Of a DNA stretch of 64,000 bases, positions 11,970-26,477 are shown piece by piece. The notes under the pieces are model-generated. The model was not told the DNA's origin and did no database searches. It was given only the letters and a program-made list of their open reading frames with translations. The stretch's first letter is position 1; each line of letters starts with the position of its first letter. Location of the stretch: positions 528,518 to 592,517 of the forward strand of contig NW_015168065.1 of NCBI RefSeq assembly GCF_001447785.1. Direction: 5' to 3'. Both the position numbers and the translations under genes were made by a program. This DNA comes from Gekko japonicus. Its lineage: Eukaryota.

Positions 11970-13911
11970 AAAGATTGAAAAATTATATACCCATGGTTTA
12001 CAAGAACATACATAAACGGATTGTACACATTGCAAAGAAACTGGCTTGCCTAACAGTGAGTCCTGGCTCTTCAGAAACATTGGTTCAGGCTTCGGTCCTA
12101 CAAAATCATAGGTGTTTCTCTCTCTCTGGGTACTCGAGGTTATGCTGACTACAGTTTCAGAGAGGACGATAAAGAAAGAATGGAGACAGCACTGGTGCTG
12201 GTGAAGTCCAGGCCAAAGAACATTGGGGGGGGGGGTACACCTACGCATTCTATCTTGCTAGTCCATGGACCCATGGGTGGAAGAAAGTACCTTGCTTAAT
12301 TAGGCTCTGTATGGCTGCAGAGTACATGGTCTCCTGCTAGCAACACACCTGATTTGTTTAGAACCCTGCTAGCAATATGCTTAATTGGTTAAGGTGTACT
12401 AGAATCATTCCAAGGCCGACAGTTTGGCATAAAAGAGCTTTTATTCTAGTCTGTGCCATTTGTCTAGATTGTATCTGCCTTTCAGTCATGCCTTGATACT
12501 GAACCAGGTTGGGGCCTTGCTGGCTGAAATGCCTGCCTGGGACTTTGGACTTTGAAACTCTGTTTGGACTCAGTCTGGTCAGGTAACATCTGAATTAGAG
12601 AACCAATGCTTGTAAAAGTGCCTTAGGTTAGATATTTAGCTTTTATTATTTTATAAGTAGGGCCTGCGAAACTTGCAGGAAGCAATCCCATCTCCCCCAC
12701 ACCTTTCACCCTACTTGGTGCAGTCCCCAGGCTCCCCTGCAGCTGCCAACAGACCTACTGCCTTCCTTCCCACTCTCTGTGGCTTGCCCAAAGAAGTTCC
12801 AGGAGAGCCAGTTGAGGCTTCCTTCTCCTCATCTCTGCTCTCAGTGGCTGGCCTGGATCTGCTCTGAGTGGGCCAACCACCTTCCCTTCCCCCACCCTCT
12901 GCAGCTTGCTCAGAGCAGCTCCAGGTGAATCAGCTGTGGCTTCCTACCCCCCCTCCTTGTTCTCAGTGGTTCTCCCACTTTCGCCAAGGCTTCCCTTCCC
13001 CACTCCCTACCCTCAGGGGCTTGCTTGGATCTGCTGTGAGTGGGGCTACTGAGGCTTTCTCCACCCTCCACTCCCAGCGACTCACCTGGAGAAGCTCCAG
13101 GAGGGCTTGCTGAGGCTTCCCTCCCTGCCTGCCAGCAGATATATGAGTCTCTGTCACTGCAGTAACCACCAGTCCCCTTTCCAGATGCTCTTTAGTAAGT
13201 GTGTTGCATCTGTATGCACAGACAACACTTTTTATTTTGGGGGAGTTTTAACCCCCATATGTTTTGCTTTGTTTTTTCAGATTTTTCTGCAAACTTCGGG
13301 GGCTTACTCGAAGGTAAGTGTGCACCCTGTGGATTTAGAAATCCACAGATAGAGGGTGCACTCAGATATATACATCCTTGCTATTCACTGCTCTTATATT
13401 GTATATCCCTGCACATCCCTTTAATAAAGCTTATTAATTATATTTTGTGGTGTTCTTAGATTTTAGGGCTTCAATCTGAATCTAGTACTTTAGCACTTTA
13501 TTGGCTACAGCTACCAGAGTAATTGTTTTGTGGAACTTAGCTTGCAAGTATCCCACCTTGTAGAGCTGACTTCTTGATTCAGACCCAGGAGGGCTTGAGT
13601 CTCAGTCCCTTGGTCTCTGGCTGGTTGGTTAGAAAAGGGGACTGCTGGTAGCATGTTACCCTGGGATTGTGAGGATTCACTCTCCAACATTTTGTGGGTT
13701 TTTTAGTTGCTGTAGATTTTCCGGGTTGTGTGGCTGTGGTTTTGTTCTTGACCAAACTGTCACCCTTGAAGTATAATTTTGGCACATATTTTATTAAAGC
13801 ACCTTTCCTCTATAGCATGACAACTTGTAGAACCCATCTTGCTACCACATGTTTTCATACAATAGCAACTGATACCTGCATCTAAGAAGTAAGGGGTTAC
13901 TTTGTTGGCAG

Positions 13912-15452
13912 CAGGGCGCCTCACTCACTAGGCAAACTAGGCATTCACCTAGAGCGGGCCAGCCCTTAGGGGAGCCAAACTGCACCCCCCCCAGCCAAAA
14001 GCCCTGCATCTAGTCCCTGACCGGACTGCTCGGCTGCCCCCATCAAAAGCCCCAACTCACAGGGCGCAGCCAAAAGCCCTGCTCAGCCAGCCTCTGCTCA
14101 CAACTCGTGCACCTTGAAGCAGCGCTCCTCTGGGCCGGGCAACGAGCTCCTGGCCATGTGCAGGTTTCTCAGCTCCCACGCCCAAAAGCAACCCTCTCCC
14201 TGAATCGCTGCCGCCACCCCCTTCGACAGCAGCCTGGAGCCAACAAGTCTTGCTGGCTGTGGCCCTTCCCCCCCCCCAGCCCCTGGCTCCACCTCCACCT
14301 CTTCCTCTCATTGGGAGAAGACTCTTTGTCGCTTCTGGAGGTTGCCCAGCCAAAGCAGCCAGCGACTGCGGAGAAGGCTGGTCCCCACCTCCTCAGTCGG
14401 ATGGTTTCCCTGAGGTAAAAAACCCCCATGGGTCTATGGGGATTTGTGTATTTGAGCAGCCCCTCTCTCTATTTCTTTCTCTCTCTCATACACAGCTAGG
14501 GCCACCCTTTTTACTACTGGGCACGTCAAGAACTGGTTGAACTGCTTACTGAGCAGTTTTATGCTGAATTGCTCCAGTTTAAGTCAATTGGGTTTAGACT
14601 AGGACTAACTCTCTGTGGGATTGTGGGGAACAGGCTGTTGATACCAAACAAAGTAGCACAACACAATGTGCAAGCCTTCGAGATCTCCAGAACTCTTCAT
14701 CTAGTTGGATGTTAAAAAAAGAAAAGGGGTGGGGATTTTCAAGCGGTAATATTCCTCCCTAGCATCCTGCTTATAGAATGTTTTGCTGACTTCCAACAAA
14801 GAGATCTGAAGAATTGAAAAGCTTGCACACTATAGCATCCTACACATTACTTGGTGAGCATCCTGTGTGCATTGAATCAGTGCACTTAGAAGAGGTGTGT
14901 CTTTGGTTGTGCTGACCCTTCCCCTCTGCCTATGCACACAGTGTTTATGCATGACAGGAGCATACATGCATGGGCTGTGATTAGGAGCTTTATCACAGCA
15001 ATTTTGTAAGATTATCCCCACACTGTAAATGGAAGAGAGTTGAGAAAGTGTGAATTTGCTGTAAGACCACCTTAGTAGATTTATGAAATTTGAACTGGTC
15101 AGCTCACAGATCACACGTGTCAGCCACTGTGGAACTCCTTAAAGGACAGTATCCTAAATAAATAATCTTTAAAAATCCCCCAAGTGTAAAGAATATTCTT
15201 CATTTAAGACTATCTATACCTATGGCCATCACTACATTCTCTGACAGCAAAGTGCTCATTTCTATCACCTGTTGAATAAAGTATTTCCTCTTGTCTGTCC
15301 TGAATCTAGTGTTCATCAACTTCATAGTTCGAATGTTGGCTTTTTCATTCTTCCTAAAATGCATTTATGTTTGAAAATTGGTGGGCATATGGGGGGGGGG
15401 GTGCCAGAAGGTAGCCTCGCCTAGTGTACAAAAAAACCTGGATCCGGCCCTG
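13912..15452. mobile_element. hAT-type non-autonomous element (CAGGGC…GCCCTG) with nested palindromic MITE, Penelope-like and CR1 fragments
   Basis: Perfect 8-bp TSD GTTGGCAG at 13904-13911 and 15453-15460; ends CAGGGC / GCCCTG; subterminal CTAGGC motifs at both ends. Confidence 0.75.
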
Positions 15453-16413
15453 GTTGGCAGAGTAATTAACACAGCAATGGTGCACAACCTGATTAAAGAG
15501 TAGATAAAGGGTTATTTAGGAATTAACGTCCTTGATAGAAAAGACGAGAGAAAAGACGAGAGACAGAGATAGGTTCCTAACTACATCTCTAGCTGAGAGA
15601 GAGAAGGTGAGACTGAGTGTGGCAGTTCCGAGAAGAAGAGGTAAATTGTCCTAAAAGTACTCTTGTTAGGTGATCCTTGGAGATTTTATTTTACCAATAG
15701 ATCAGAAAGTGAGATATGGAGCATATTAACCAGAACCTGAAGGAATAGAATGAACTATTGACCAACTACACTGATTTTATGGTTTGTTCCACAGTCTGTT
15801 AATGCAACTACATGATAAGTACAATGATTTATCCAACATAATCCCCAAATATGAATATTTAAATATTCTGGTTCATGCATTTTATGGTTTGCAGGCTTAC
15901 CTTTTTGACAAACACAACAAACAACAATATGCCTTTTTACAGTTGGAATTATGGATTTGGGTTATAAATTGCTCTCCCTCACCCTGAAGACTTAGATTTT
16001 TATTCTTTTAGCTGTTATAAGGCTACTTGTTTCATGTTTTAAAAAGGATATCTCCAGAGTTAAACTAAGGACGAGGCTTGAAGCTACAGTGGGACATTTC
16101 AGGGCCTGGCCCTATGACTTCCAGCCAAGGCCCTATGACTTGTTTTCAGCCCAGGCCTTCCAAATCTCTGGCAAGAAGTGGTGGCTGCAGCAACCCCCCC
16201 CCCCCCGTGTCGCTGGTTCTCTCTGCCTTCTCCTTTTCTCTGTTTATTATTATTATTGTTGTTGTTATTTTATTTTTAAAAAACCCCTCCTCCAAAGGGC
16301 TCAGGGTGGTGTACATCACTATGGGCCAGTCCCTGCTCCCCACCCCTGCCTCCATGACTCGGTGTGACTCCACCCCAGCTTGGAGGCTAGGGAGTGGCCT
16401 GGGGACTTGGAGC

Positions 16414-16416
<3 letters not shown>

Positions 16417-16469
<53 letters not shown>
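16417..16469. repeat. (AG)n microsatellite
   Basis: Direct read. Confidence 0.98.
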
Positions 16470-16471
<2 letters not shown>

Positions 16472-18289
16472 CCAGGTTGCCACTCTTTTTATGTGTCCTT
16501 GCCCCCCACAGTCCAGGAAGTGGCAATTTCATTGAGCCCCCCCCCAGCCTAGTCCCCATAGCTGCCAGCCAACTCCTCCCTTCCCAAGCCAGGGGAAGCC
16601 AGTGCTTTCTCTTCCCACCCCTGCCCTCCCCCTCATCCTGGCAGCAATCTTTGGAGCATCTTTCCTGCTTTGGGAGAAGATGAGTTGGCAGGCTGGCAGC
16701 TGGGGTGGATGGAGGGGAGTGCCGGGGGGAGGCACAAGATGCCCACGCTGAGGGCAGGTAGAGCTGATGGCCAGGTGGAGGGCTCCGCCATCCCCGAGAG
16801 CACCAAGAAGATGGTAATTAAATTAATTTTAATTGAATTAGTCAGTGCTCCCTGAAGAATTAAAATGCCCCCCAACTTAGAAATTCCTGGTTACAGGCCT
16901 GCTAAAGACCCATAATGGTGTTTCCAAAGTTTATAGTCCGTAGATTTTAATACAAATCCTGGAGGATTGTAAAGTGAATAATGGAACCCTGAGTTCTCCT
17001 CCAGCTCAGAGAGACATTCAAGCCAAAGAAAAAACTTGTACCCCCTCTTATTCTCTCACAACATTACTTACCAGCATAGGCCAGCCAGCAGCTGGAGACT
17101 AACAGGTGGTAAGAGGGAAGAACTGGCAAGCGTAATTCCCTCCCTCCAGTACGTCTGACATGATGGTAAGCACAGACAAGGCCCAAGCACAGTTGTGAAA
17201 ATGGGTGACCTTGACAATGTCCAAAACAAAAACAAGGGGGAAAAACACAGCAAAACTAAAACCTAAATGCAAAATGCTACAGCAAAACAAATATATACCC
17301 CCCAACCAACTGAACAACTCCCTAAGTACAGGTCTGAATTTGTATTTTATGTACTACACAGGTATACACATTTATAGAATATTTTGATTTGAGATATGTG
17401 TGTCCTTTTTTTGGTTGACATGTTTTACTTTTTATTTTAAAAAGTATTTGAGGTATTTTTCAATTGTGTGGGTCTGCCTTTCAGAGCAGCACTGAGGTCA
17501 AGGATACTGTCTAGGTTTATGTGGGTTCCCATAGTACAACAGAAACATACTGGCCATCAGACCTGGTTGAACAAAGAATGGTTTAAATATCTGAGGGGCA
17601 AGAGCTCCCACCTGTTCATGGGCTTTATCCGGCTAGGGTTTGATTTAACTCCAATCCTGTAAAGAACTATATGTATACAATACCTCCTCAGTGGTCTGGC
17701 TCAGTAACAGGAACACAGTCACCAGACTGGTATTTTGTCATCACTATACTGCCTCTTCACAAGCTTGATATCTTCATTGCTCCCAATGGTTGGGGGAGAA
17801 ATGGAGAACTGCTGGCTTAGAGTCCAACCCTACAAGGAAGGGGATTGGCTGCTTTAGGGTCTAGGGAGTTGGCAACATCTTCTGGAGTGGAGGCTTCAGA
17901 GGCAGGATGTGACAGACTGCACTTTTTAAAAGCTTAGAAGTGCTGTACAAACAGCTGAAGGACTGTGAAGGGTTGATTCTTTACAAAAACAGAGAGCTTT
18001 GAGTGACAGGCTGCTCCAAGCAATCTGATTGGTTAGCATCAGCTGAGCAGAGAAAGACTTGAGAGATACATGCTGAGGAGAGTCTGTCAAATTTCTGCTT
18101 TGACTGAGCTGACAGCTGATTTCAGCCTTAGTTGAGAGCAGTTTAACACAGATGGAAAACTAAGGGAAAGTTGCCAAGGCAGTTTGGGAAGTAGGGAGAC
18201 TTTCCCCACCCAGTCAAACAGGGAGTTAGCTCTGAAGAGTAGAAAGATCACTGGTCTGGTGTGGTTAGAAACTGCCTTTAGAGACCTTA

Positions 18290-18800
18290 AGAATCAGTTA
18301 AAAACTCAAGATTGGCTAGCTCTACTTTCAGAATCAGAGGCATTTAAAAAAATAAGGAACAGAGTACTGGAGGTAGAGCTAGCCAATCTGTACAATGCAG
18401 CCAATAAGACCTGCTCTCCTCTTAGTCATGGGATACTTCCCACTGTAGGACTTCCCCCTAGTTGTCTCTACCAACTACAGACTCCAAAATGTGTTGAATT
18501 TTTTTCTCTGGCTAGGCTTAATGTTTTACCTTCAGCTATTTTAACCGGAAGATTTCAGGGTATACCCCTTACTAACAGACATCACCCTTGTTTAAATGGA
18601 ACTACTGAAACAGTGTCTCATGCACTGTTAGACTGTCATTATAATAATATTAGACAAAGTATTTTATCTCCAATTTTATTCAGCATTATGGATGTTTCTG
18701 CTTAACAACACTGATGACAATATAACTGATTCAGTGGCAAAATTCTATATGTTGCTGTTCTTATACGAAGTAATATACTGTAATTTGGGGACACTTTTTT
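18290..18800 (+). mobile_element. Non-LTR retrotransposon ORF2 C-terminal fragment (RTE-X-like) with decayed CCHC zinc knuckle
   Basis: FFSLARLNVLPSAILTGRFQGIP…HPCLNGTTETVSHALLDC fits the R.CPC..G.VET..H.LL.C motif; clade assignment is from memory. Confidence 0.65.
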
Positions 18801-20803
18801 TTTTAAGATGCCTACTGGTATTTCAACAGAAGGGGTTTGGGTACTAGAGTGTACCAGCTTTCTGGAAACTAAAAGAGTCAGTGAATACTCAAAGAAAGTG
18901 TAATGGAGTGTTTAGAAAACACTGGAACAAAAGCCTTTCAACAAAAAGATTTTAGGTAACTGAATAGCTTAAGAAACTCTCATTTCTCATTAGCCTGAAA
19001 TATAAGAACTAAAGTCTGTGCATATAGTGGTTTTACCTAAGTGATAAGGAGTGTTCTCCTGGGCTATGGTGAGTCTCTGATAGTGACTGTGAGTCCCTGA
19101 TAGTCTAGGAGAAGGATTTAAAAAAAATGTTTCTATTTCTCTTTATCAAGACTCTTGCATTGGGTTCCATGGTAACACAACTGTGAAAAATAAACAGTGG
19201 CATTTTCCAGTGCCTTTTATAGTAATATTATCTTAACACAAAGTTTAATCAACGGTGTAAGTGCTCATAATGAAGAAGGATGAAATGATGCTAAAGGAGA
19301 CTGCCTTGCCTTGACACACATATTCAGCAAATATTTCTTACTCTTGATTCACAGTGCTACTCTGCTTGCCTGATTCCTCTTGTGCAAAAGCTGTCACTCA
19401 TGTAAAATGATAGGTCAGATTCCTAGTGTACATACACGGAAATGACCAGCTTCTGTTTGTTTTAGAAATAAAGATGGATTTATATTCCAGTCCCTGTAAT
19501 GTACAAATAGACTTGATTAAGTATCTACAGGACCTTTTATTTCTAATGTTAAGAGAATATTTGTACAGGTGATATTTGCTCCAATCAAAGACACAAAAGC
19601 CCTGATTAAACTCCCACAAAGCAATAACTCTCAAAGTATTTTAGGAAATGGAATAATGTTATGGTAGGCTAAGCAATTTCCTCCATTTCCCCCTTTTGTA
19701 ATTTTCTAGAATGTAAAACAAACAAACATAAGCAATGTTTTTGATTGGAAAGTAAAGCATCATATCCTACTATCATTTTGCCTTTTTCAGATTTTTTTTG
19801 GGGGGCTGAGGATTAAATTTAATGGTAAGTCACGTTAAGTACCCCACTGTGCCAGGTGTATTGGGAGATGTTAACATGGAAAGATGGGAAGCAATGCACC
19901 TAGTTGTAGTCTCGCCTTACCTTTTAGACAGGTAAGTAGAACACAATTTGATCAGAGCCTTTTTTATTGAAAACATTTGCTTCTTGTATTTCCACTCAAA
20001 TGGGTCTCCCAAGTGGCTTACAACAAATAAAACAATAATATGAGTTAACCCTCCCCTGCACAGAAAACTATTCCAAGTACATCTCCCATCTTTCATCTAA
20101 TATCCTTCTCTGACTATTCCCAGGCTTTAAACTACCCTTTGAACAGTCAGGATACTTACTCAGCCCCCAGCTGTGCCTCCCCCTTCTTTCCAAATCTGGA
20201 AATAAAATAATCTTTTTAAAAATGCCATTTGTCCTATAACTGGGGACAAAATCCCTCCCCACGCTGTAATTTTTAGTGTCCCCAATTGTTCATATTTGTG
20301 TAGCTGAAGTGCCGCCATCTCAGACAATGAGATGTGGGCCTGCTTCTTTTCCTCTTTTCAGTTACTTGTTGCCCGGGCCTCTAAAAATATGTCAGACCTC
20401 AGTAGACATTTGGATCAGTATCTGTTTCCTTCCTTTTTTCTAGCTTCTCACCACCTTTTTTGTAACTTCCTTTGAATATGGGGCGGGAAGTAACTTGCTC
20501 AAAAATGTTACTTAGTACTGGGTATTATTTGACGGCTTAAGGTATTTGTAGTATTTCCCATAAACTCACATTCTTTTCTTATTTTTCACTCTACCCTAAT
20601 TTCTGTGTTCTCTTCCTGCTTGTATGGTCAGGCCTGATTTGTTTCCCAGCCTGTTTCAGCTTGCAACATAGGGGTTAACAACTGAGTACTCTTAAAATGT
20701 TTTGGTGGGGAGAGCGGGGTATAAATTAAATAAATAAATAAAAATGTGCCAAGAAAAAATCCTTAAGGGTCATCTGGAAAAAAATGACCTTGTGTGTGTG
20801 AAG

Positions 20804-21022
20804 TAGGGTTGCCAGCCTCCAGGTGGGGCCTGGAGATCTCCCGCTTTTACCACTGATCCCCAGCCGACAGAGATCAGCTCCCCTGGAGAAAATGGCTGCT
20901 TTGAAGGGTGGACTCCATGGCATTGTACTATGCTGAGGCCCCTCCCCTCCCCAAACCACACCCTCTCCTGGCTCCACCCCCAAAGACTCCAGGTATTTTC
21001 CAACCCAGACTTGGCAACCCTA
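20804..21022. mobile_element. hAT (Blackjack-like) MITE, TAGGGTTGCCA family, intact 219-bp copy
   Basis: Perfect TIR TAGGGTTGCCA / TGGCAACCCTA; perfect 8-bp TSD GTGTGAAG at 20796-20803 and 21023-21030. Confidence 0.92.
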
Positions 21023-21983
21023 GTGTGAAGGGAAAGGAGGTTGGGGAAGCATTTTGCAGAGAGAAGTTAATTTGTTTTGAGTGAATCTTGTTGAGTGGCC
21101 AAGTGAAGATCATTACGTTATTATCAAGGTAACTGTATAATTGGCTTAAGAAGACCAGGTTAGAGATGCTTGCCGTGTGAAGAAAGGACTTCATTGTGCA
21201 CTTGTTACTTCACTAAGGCATGTTGCTTTGCAGGGCATTTGTCCCAGTTCTTTATCACCTTTGACTGAATGGGAGAGGAAGGTACTATTGATCTTGCTTT
21301 TGTAAGACTTGTTTTAATGCCTGTAAGATGAGCCTCTTCCTGTAATTAGGAAGAAGCATAGTTTAGGTTATATAGGTGTTTTTATTTTCTATGTGCTCTG
21401 GAAACTTGAACCTGTACTGATATTTGCATTTTTAATTGTTCCTTTTCTTTTAATAAATGTTATCCTTCATTTTAAGAAGGCGGGTGTTATTTGGTGTGTA
21501 CCCTGGATCCTTGAAAAGTACTCACAGAATTGGTACAGCCAAGGTCTCACAGTATATTGCAGGCAGCCCCGTAGCTAGACCTTTTTTCATGGGGAGGCAA
21601 AAAGGCGGCATGCCTTTTTTAATGCCTAATTGAATTAACTAAATTATATTAATGGAGTCTTTCACAACTCCCTCGTAAAGCATCATAAACACAATTGCAG
21701 CCTTTCTTCCCCCCCCGGCCCCTCCCACACTGCAGGACGGAGAGCTCTGCTGCCTCTTGGGCACAACTCTCAGCCCCTTCCACCTTTTTTCATTCTTTGC
21801 ATGGGAGGAAAGGGTAGAGCTTGATGCCCATGCTGCAGCCTGGAGCCTCCCTCCATCAGCACTCAGGCCAAGGCTGGGCCAACCTTTAATCAGTGCACCA
21901 CCACTCATGCAATATTATTACACTGTAGAAACTGAAGTGGTTTCTCTTTAATCCTCCTGGCCACAATTGAGATTGTAGCCCAT

Positions 21984-22219
21984 TAGAGTTGCCAGCCCCC
22001 CGCAAGCCACTAGTGGGTGGGGTGGTGTTGCCAGATCCAGGTTGGGAAACTACTGGAGATTAGGGGGTGGAGCCTGGGGAAGACAGGGATCTCAGTGGGA
22101 TACAACAAAGCTGTACTCTAAAGCATCTATTTTCTCCAGGGGAACTAACCGCTGTAGTCTGAAGATGAACTGCGATTCTAGGAGATCCCCAGACCCCACC
22201 TGGAGGCTGGCATCCCTTA
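21984..22219. mobile_element. TAGGGTTGCCA-family MITE
   Basis: TAGAGTTGCCA start, TGGCATCCCT end, shared body CATTTTCTCCAGGGGAACT. Confidence 0.75.
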
Positions 22220-23004
22220 TATACTGTCAGAGAACTAAGCAACCCATATCTAGGCTTCTACTGTACAGAAACACTTCAAATAAACTCCAGAAAGCCAACA
22301 ATGTTAAAATTACACATAATTCTCCTTTGTTGTTCTTCCTTTGTCTGCTACAAGAGACTAACAAATTACTGTGGCATAAAACTTTGTATACTGCATCTCA
22401 GTTCATCAGATTTATATCTAATGTATACATACAGACACGCATGCGTGCGCGCGTGTGTAGAGAATGGGAGGAAAAACAACTATAAATAGACAGTCAAAAG
22501 TCCATGAAATGTAAGAGGCCTGTGATATTTATACACACAGTCTCAGCAACACCAATTGATAGCAACATAATCCTCCTAACTCTCCTGTGCTCATTCACTA
22601 TATTTTATCAGAAAGGAACTCATTGTTCCAATTAAGAATAAATATACAGAATCAAATTTCCCGATTCATTCTAATAGTTATTTGACACAGAAATATCTCC
22701 TGGAAGCCTTTTTGTTGTTGAATGTTTCTAGAAACTCCTTCTGTTCAGGGTATACTGCCCAGAAAATGTGCTCTCATAAACTGGGAAACAACTGCTACTT
22801 CTAGGCCTTAGACATGTTGCTGAACACACATTTCCTGGCTGTGTGATGGGAAGGACATTGTTTTTCTTCCACATTTCCTGCCATTGTGTTGTAACTATTG
22901 TAGAAAACAAATGAGTCTGGTGAAATCCTATCACATTGTTACAGTTTACTAAGATTGCACCAACTTGGTCAAATGCACATTTGCAAAGGGACATTTACAT
23001 TTCA

Positions 23005-23283
<279 letters not shown>

Positions 23284-25828
23284 CTATGGAAAACAGTTTC
23301 AGAATCCCTGTAAACAGATATGTTATAGATGATTTATGTTTCTTAAGCATGTCTGAATATGCCCAGATCAACTGAAAACCCAAGCAGGTGCAGAAGAGAA
23401 GATGGCTGCTATAGCCAATTATGAAATTTGACTGGGATTTCTCGAAAAACCCTGTGAAGATTGTTGTGATCATATAAAAAGGCCATCTGACTGGTCAGAA
23501 ACTGAACACAATCCCAGAGTAGCAGTGGCTTTCTAGACGAGTTCTGGGACTGTTTAGGAACATAAACAGTGATATCAAACAGAAATGACAACCAGAAGAT
23601 TGAGAAGAAGTTCACTTGATGCAAAGCAGGTAAAAATCATTCAGAAGATAAATTCAAATTCTGTTTGGGAGAAAACTGAAAGTTCCATTGAACTTACTCA
23701 ACTAGAGTTCAATTTTCTACTTTAAAATGTCAATATAATTATCTAGGTAATCGTTATGCATGCAAGATTTATTCACAGAATTCAATCACTTCCTAATGAT
23801 GACATTTTTCATATGTCTTTGAAAATCATTTCAGTTCTCAAGTATGAAGAATGGGTCAATTACTAGAGCTAATAAGGCTCACTAAACAAAGGTAGAAGTG
23901 GGAGTTAGAAAACTGTCATCATCGTGTCAAGTTTATTTCACATAAATTATGATATATAGAAGAAAAAATCATAATTAAAAGCCATAAGTTACTTCCATTA
24001 TCTATTTAAAAATAGCAATTAAGTACTATCACACTCTGAAATGAGTTCAGGTATAGCAGACAACATCACTCTTTAGATTTAATTGCTCACTGTGATTATG
24101 AATTAAGCTGGAAGTAACCTGCCTGAGCAGATTCACAACAGAAATATGGACTGGGTTCCACAAGGTAGGCAAATGTACGTGAAACCCATATCAACTGCAG
24201 GCAGGGGCGGAAAATGACATGGTGGTGGCACATTCATAGCAACGTTATCATGCCATTCAGTTAATTCAGTTAGCATAAAAACCAGCAACAATGCCATGAT
24301 GTGTGTTTTTAAAGATGGCCCATAGTTCCACAGCCCCATTTCTAGAAGCATCAGTGCAACTTGCACTATCTAGTATCTACCACCAATCATGGCTGACCAC
24401 ATCCCACCATATTGATCCACTATTTTTTTCAGGTCCTGCTGGGAGGAAGGCCAGCCTTGTTCATCTTGCAAACCAGCAGAAATTGATGGATTTCCCCAAT
24501 CATACTTTAAAACCAAGGGGTGTGTGTCACACTAGTATTTTAACTTTATGTTCATTCTCACACCTTGCATCCATCCCTGTCCCATACTTCACAGCAATTT
24601 CTCACTGATGATAGTCAGATCAGTAGGTGTGGACATCAGCACCTTCTTCTTAGCTACTACCTGACTATATGTTGTTTGTTTTTGAGCAACAATGTTACAG
24701 CAAACTTTCCAATATACCACCAATTAAACAGTCATTCTGTGCCCATGTGACTAGGCCAAGAACATGATAGTACAAACAGCCCACTCTTCTCTAGGGTTTT
24801 CCCCCCATTTGACCAATAAAATGAAAGACTGAAACCACATTTTCTCCCCTAACCTTTTCTCCTCAAAGAGGATTTGTGGTTCCTGAGGTGGTTCGATCCT
24901 TTATGTGTGAGACAAAAACAATGAAAATACTCAGCATCAATATTTAAATGCCTTTCTTTCATTGCAGAACCTAAAATCATAATGTTGCCTTCTCCAAAGA
25001 GAACAATAAAATACAAAAGCAAAACTCCCATAGTACCTTTTTATCAAGACCAGCCAAATTAACAAGACACAGTTGCTGTGTTATTTTGTTTCATCTTCAT
25101 TAATGGTATTACAAGTCTTTTCTTTTCTTTTACTACAGACTAACATGGCAAGAGAAAAAATAGGATTTCCCCATTGGCTAGTGCCTTTGACAAATAGAAA
25201 TTCAATGCACAGAGATGCAATAATGACAGACTCATCTCCTGTTGAATTTCTAAGTGCCATCTAGGTTTTAGAAGCACATGAGTATAATTCAGATTCCCTT
25301 TTGCTGCACTGCTTTGAAAAGATCATAGTTTCTGCCCCCCCAAAGTAGAAAGCAAACTGCTGGAGATAAGGGGAGGGGGTCTCAAGCTTTTAAAGGCTGT
25401 ATGTCTGCCAGAAATCCAATATTTACAATTGTCTTCCATAATGGCAGAGTTGTAGCCTTCAGAACAGCTTTTAAGCAAGTTTTCAAGACAAAGGCTTTTC
25501 CCTCCCTGTATCTTATCACTATTCCCAAACCAAACAGTACCTTAAAAGAAAGAGATCCCATGGCTGCATGTCAAGTTTTTGGTTTGATCTTTAAAAAACA
25601 ACAACAGACAACAGTGGATTCAGTCATGGATCTTCCATATGTTTGTTTGGCACGTAGGTACACAATTGATACATATTAAATTCAGCTGTCACATAGAAAT
25701 AATAATAGAAAAATCACAGATCTTGCACATAATTAATACCCTGGCCTTTATTGTCTTAAAAGTGCCATCCTTAAGGGATTTATACTCTTCTAAATCCATT
25801 GAAATCAATAGGTTTAGAAGAGTATAAG

Positions 25829-26141
25829 CAGGGGTCATTTCGTAGAAAAAGAGCTAGGGAAACCCATTAGCATAACTCATTAGCATATGTCACACCCCCT
25901 GACATCACCGGAAGTGTGTCATAAGGCCACACCCCCTGACATCACCGGAAATGTGTCATAAGGCCACACACCCCGCCCCCAACGGTCCCAGCTGCCACTG
26001 CCGGCCTTGCAGCTCCACTGCCGAGCCCCATGAGGGGCCCGGCGGTGGACCTGCAAGGCCGGCGGAAGTGCAAGGAAGCCCCGCAAAGGCCCTCCCTGCG
26101 GGAACTGCGTTCCCCCACGTTCCCCCCCGAAATGACCTCTA
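25829..26141. mobile_element. hAT-type MITE, CAGGGGTCATTTCG family, with 37-bp internal tandem duplication
   Basis: TIRs CAGGGGTCATTTCG / CGAAATGACCTCTA; 8-bp TSD AGTATAAG at 25821-25828 and 26142-26149; inverted homologue of 5119-5459. Confidence 0.9.
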
Positions 26142-26477
26142 AGTATAAGTGTGCTTTGGGTTATGCTATTTAAAGAAAAATATACTGTTATAACCCTGGA
26201 CTCCACACACACACCCCACTGCCCAATTTCCACATCTTTTTTTCCTGTCTTTCTGGCCAAGTAGAATCTAAATTCTGCCATGTGAACAGCATTATTTGCA
26301 TTAGAGAGGAAGGGCAACCGAGTTCCCAAACTGCTTATTCTTCAGGCCTGTTATTTACAAACAAAATATATTAAATTCATATGCTAACTGCTCCAACATT
26401 TAAAGCTCCAACATTTGCCTTCTGTGGTGTATTCAATTCAAGGAAAACTGTGTATGAACTCACTCATGGAAACACCA

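Noticed and set aside
11631-12248. 205-aa minus-strand ORF
   Set aside because: It reads through a non-coding MITE and a CR1 boundary; no protein family signal.
16078-16683. 201-aa ORF with poly-RE
   Set aside because: Translation of the (AG)n microsatellite and low-complexity repeat sequence.
21200-21262. AG|GTGATAAAG (V-I-K) on the minus strand as the next FSTL5 exon
   Set aside because: After VIK it diverges (NWDKC…) and reaches a stop; no second EF-hand. The true exon probably lies before position 1.
12250-21550. Several LTR-like stretches (~12250-13600, ~17800-19190, ~20265-21550)
   Set aside because: Composition and AATAAA…CA ends are suggestive, but I could not define termini or TSDs.
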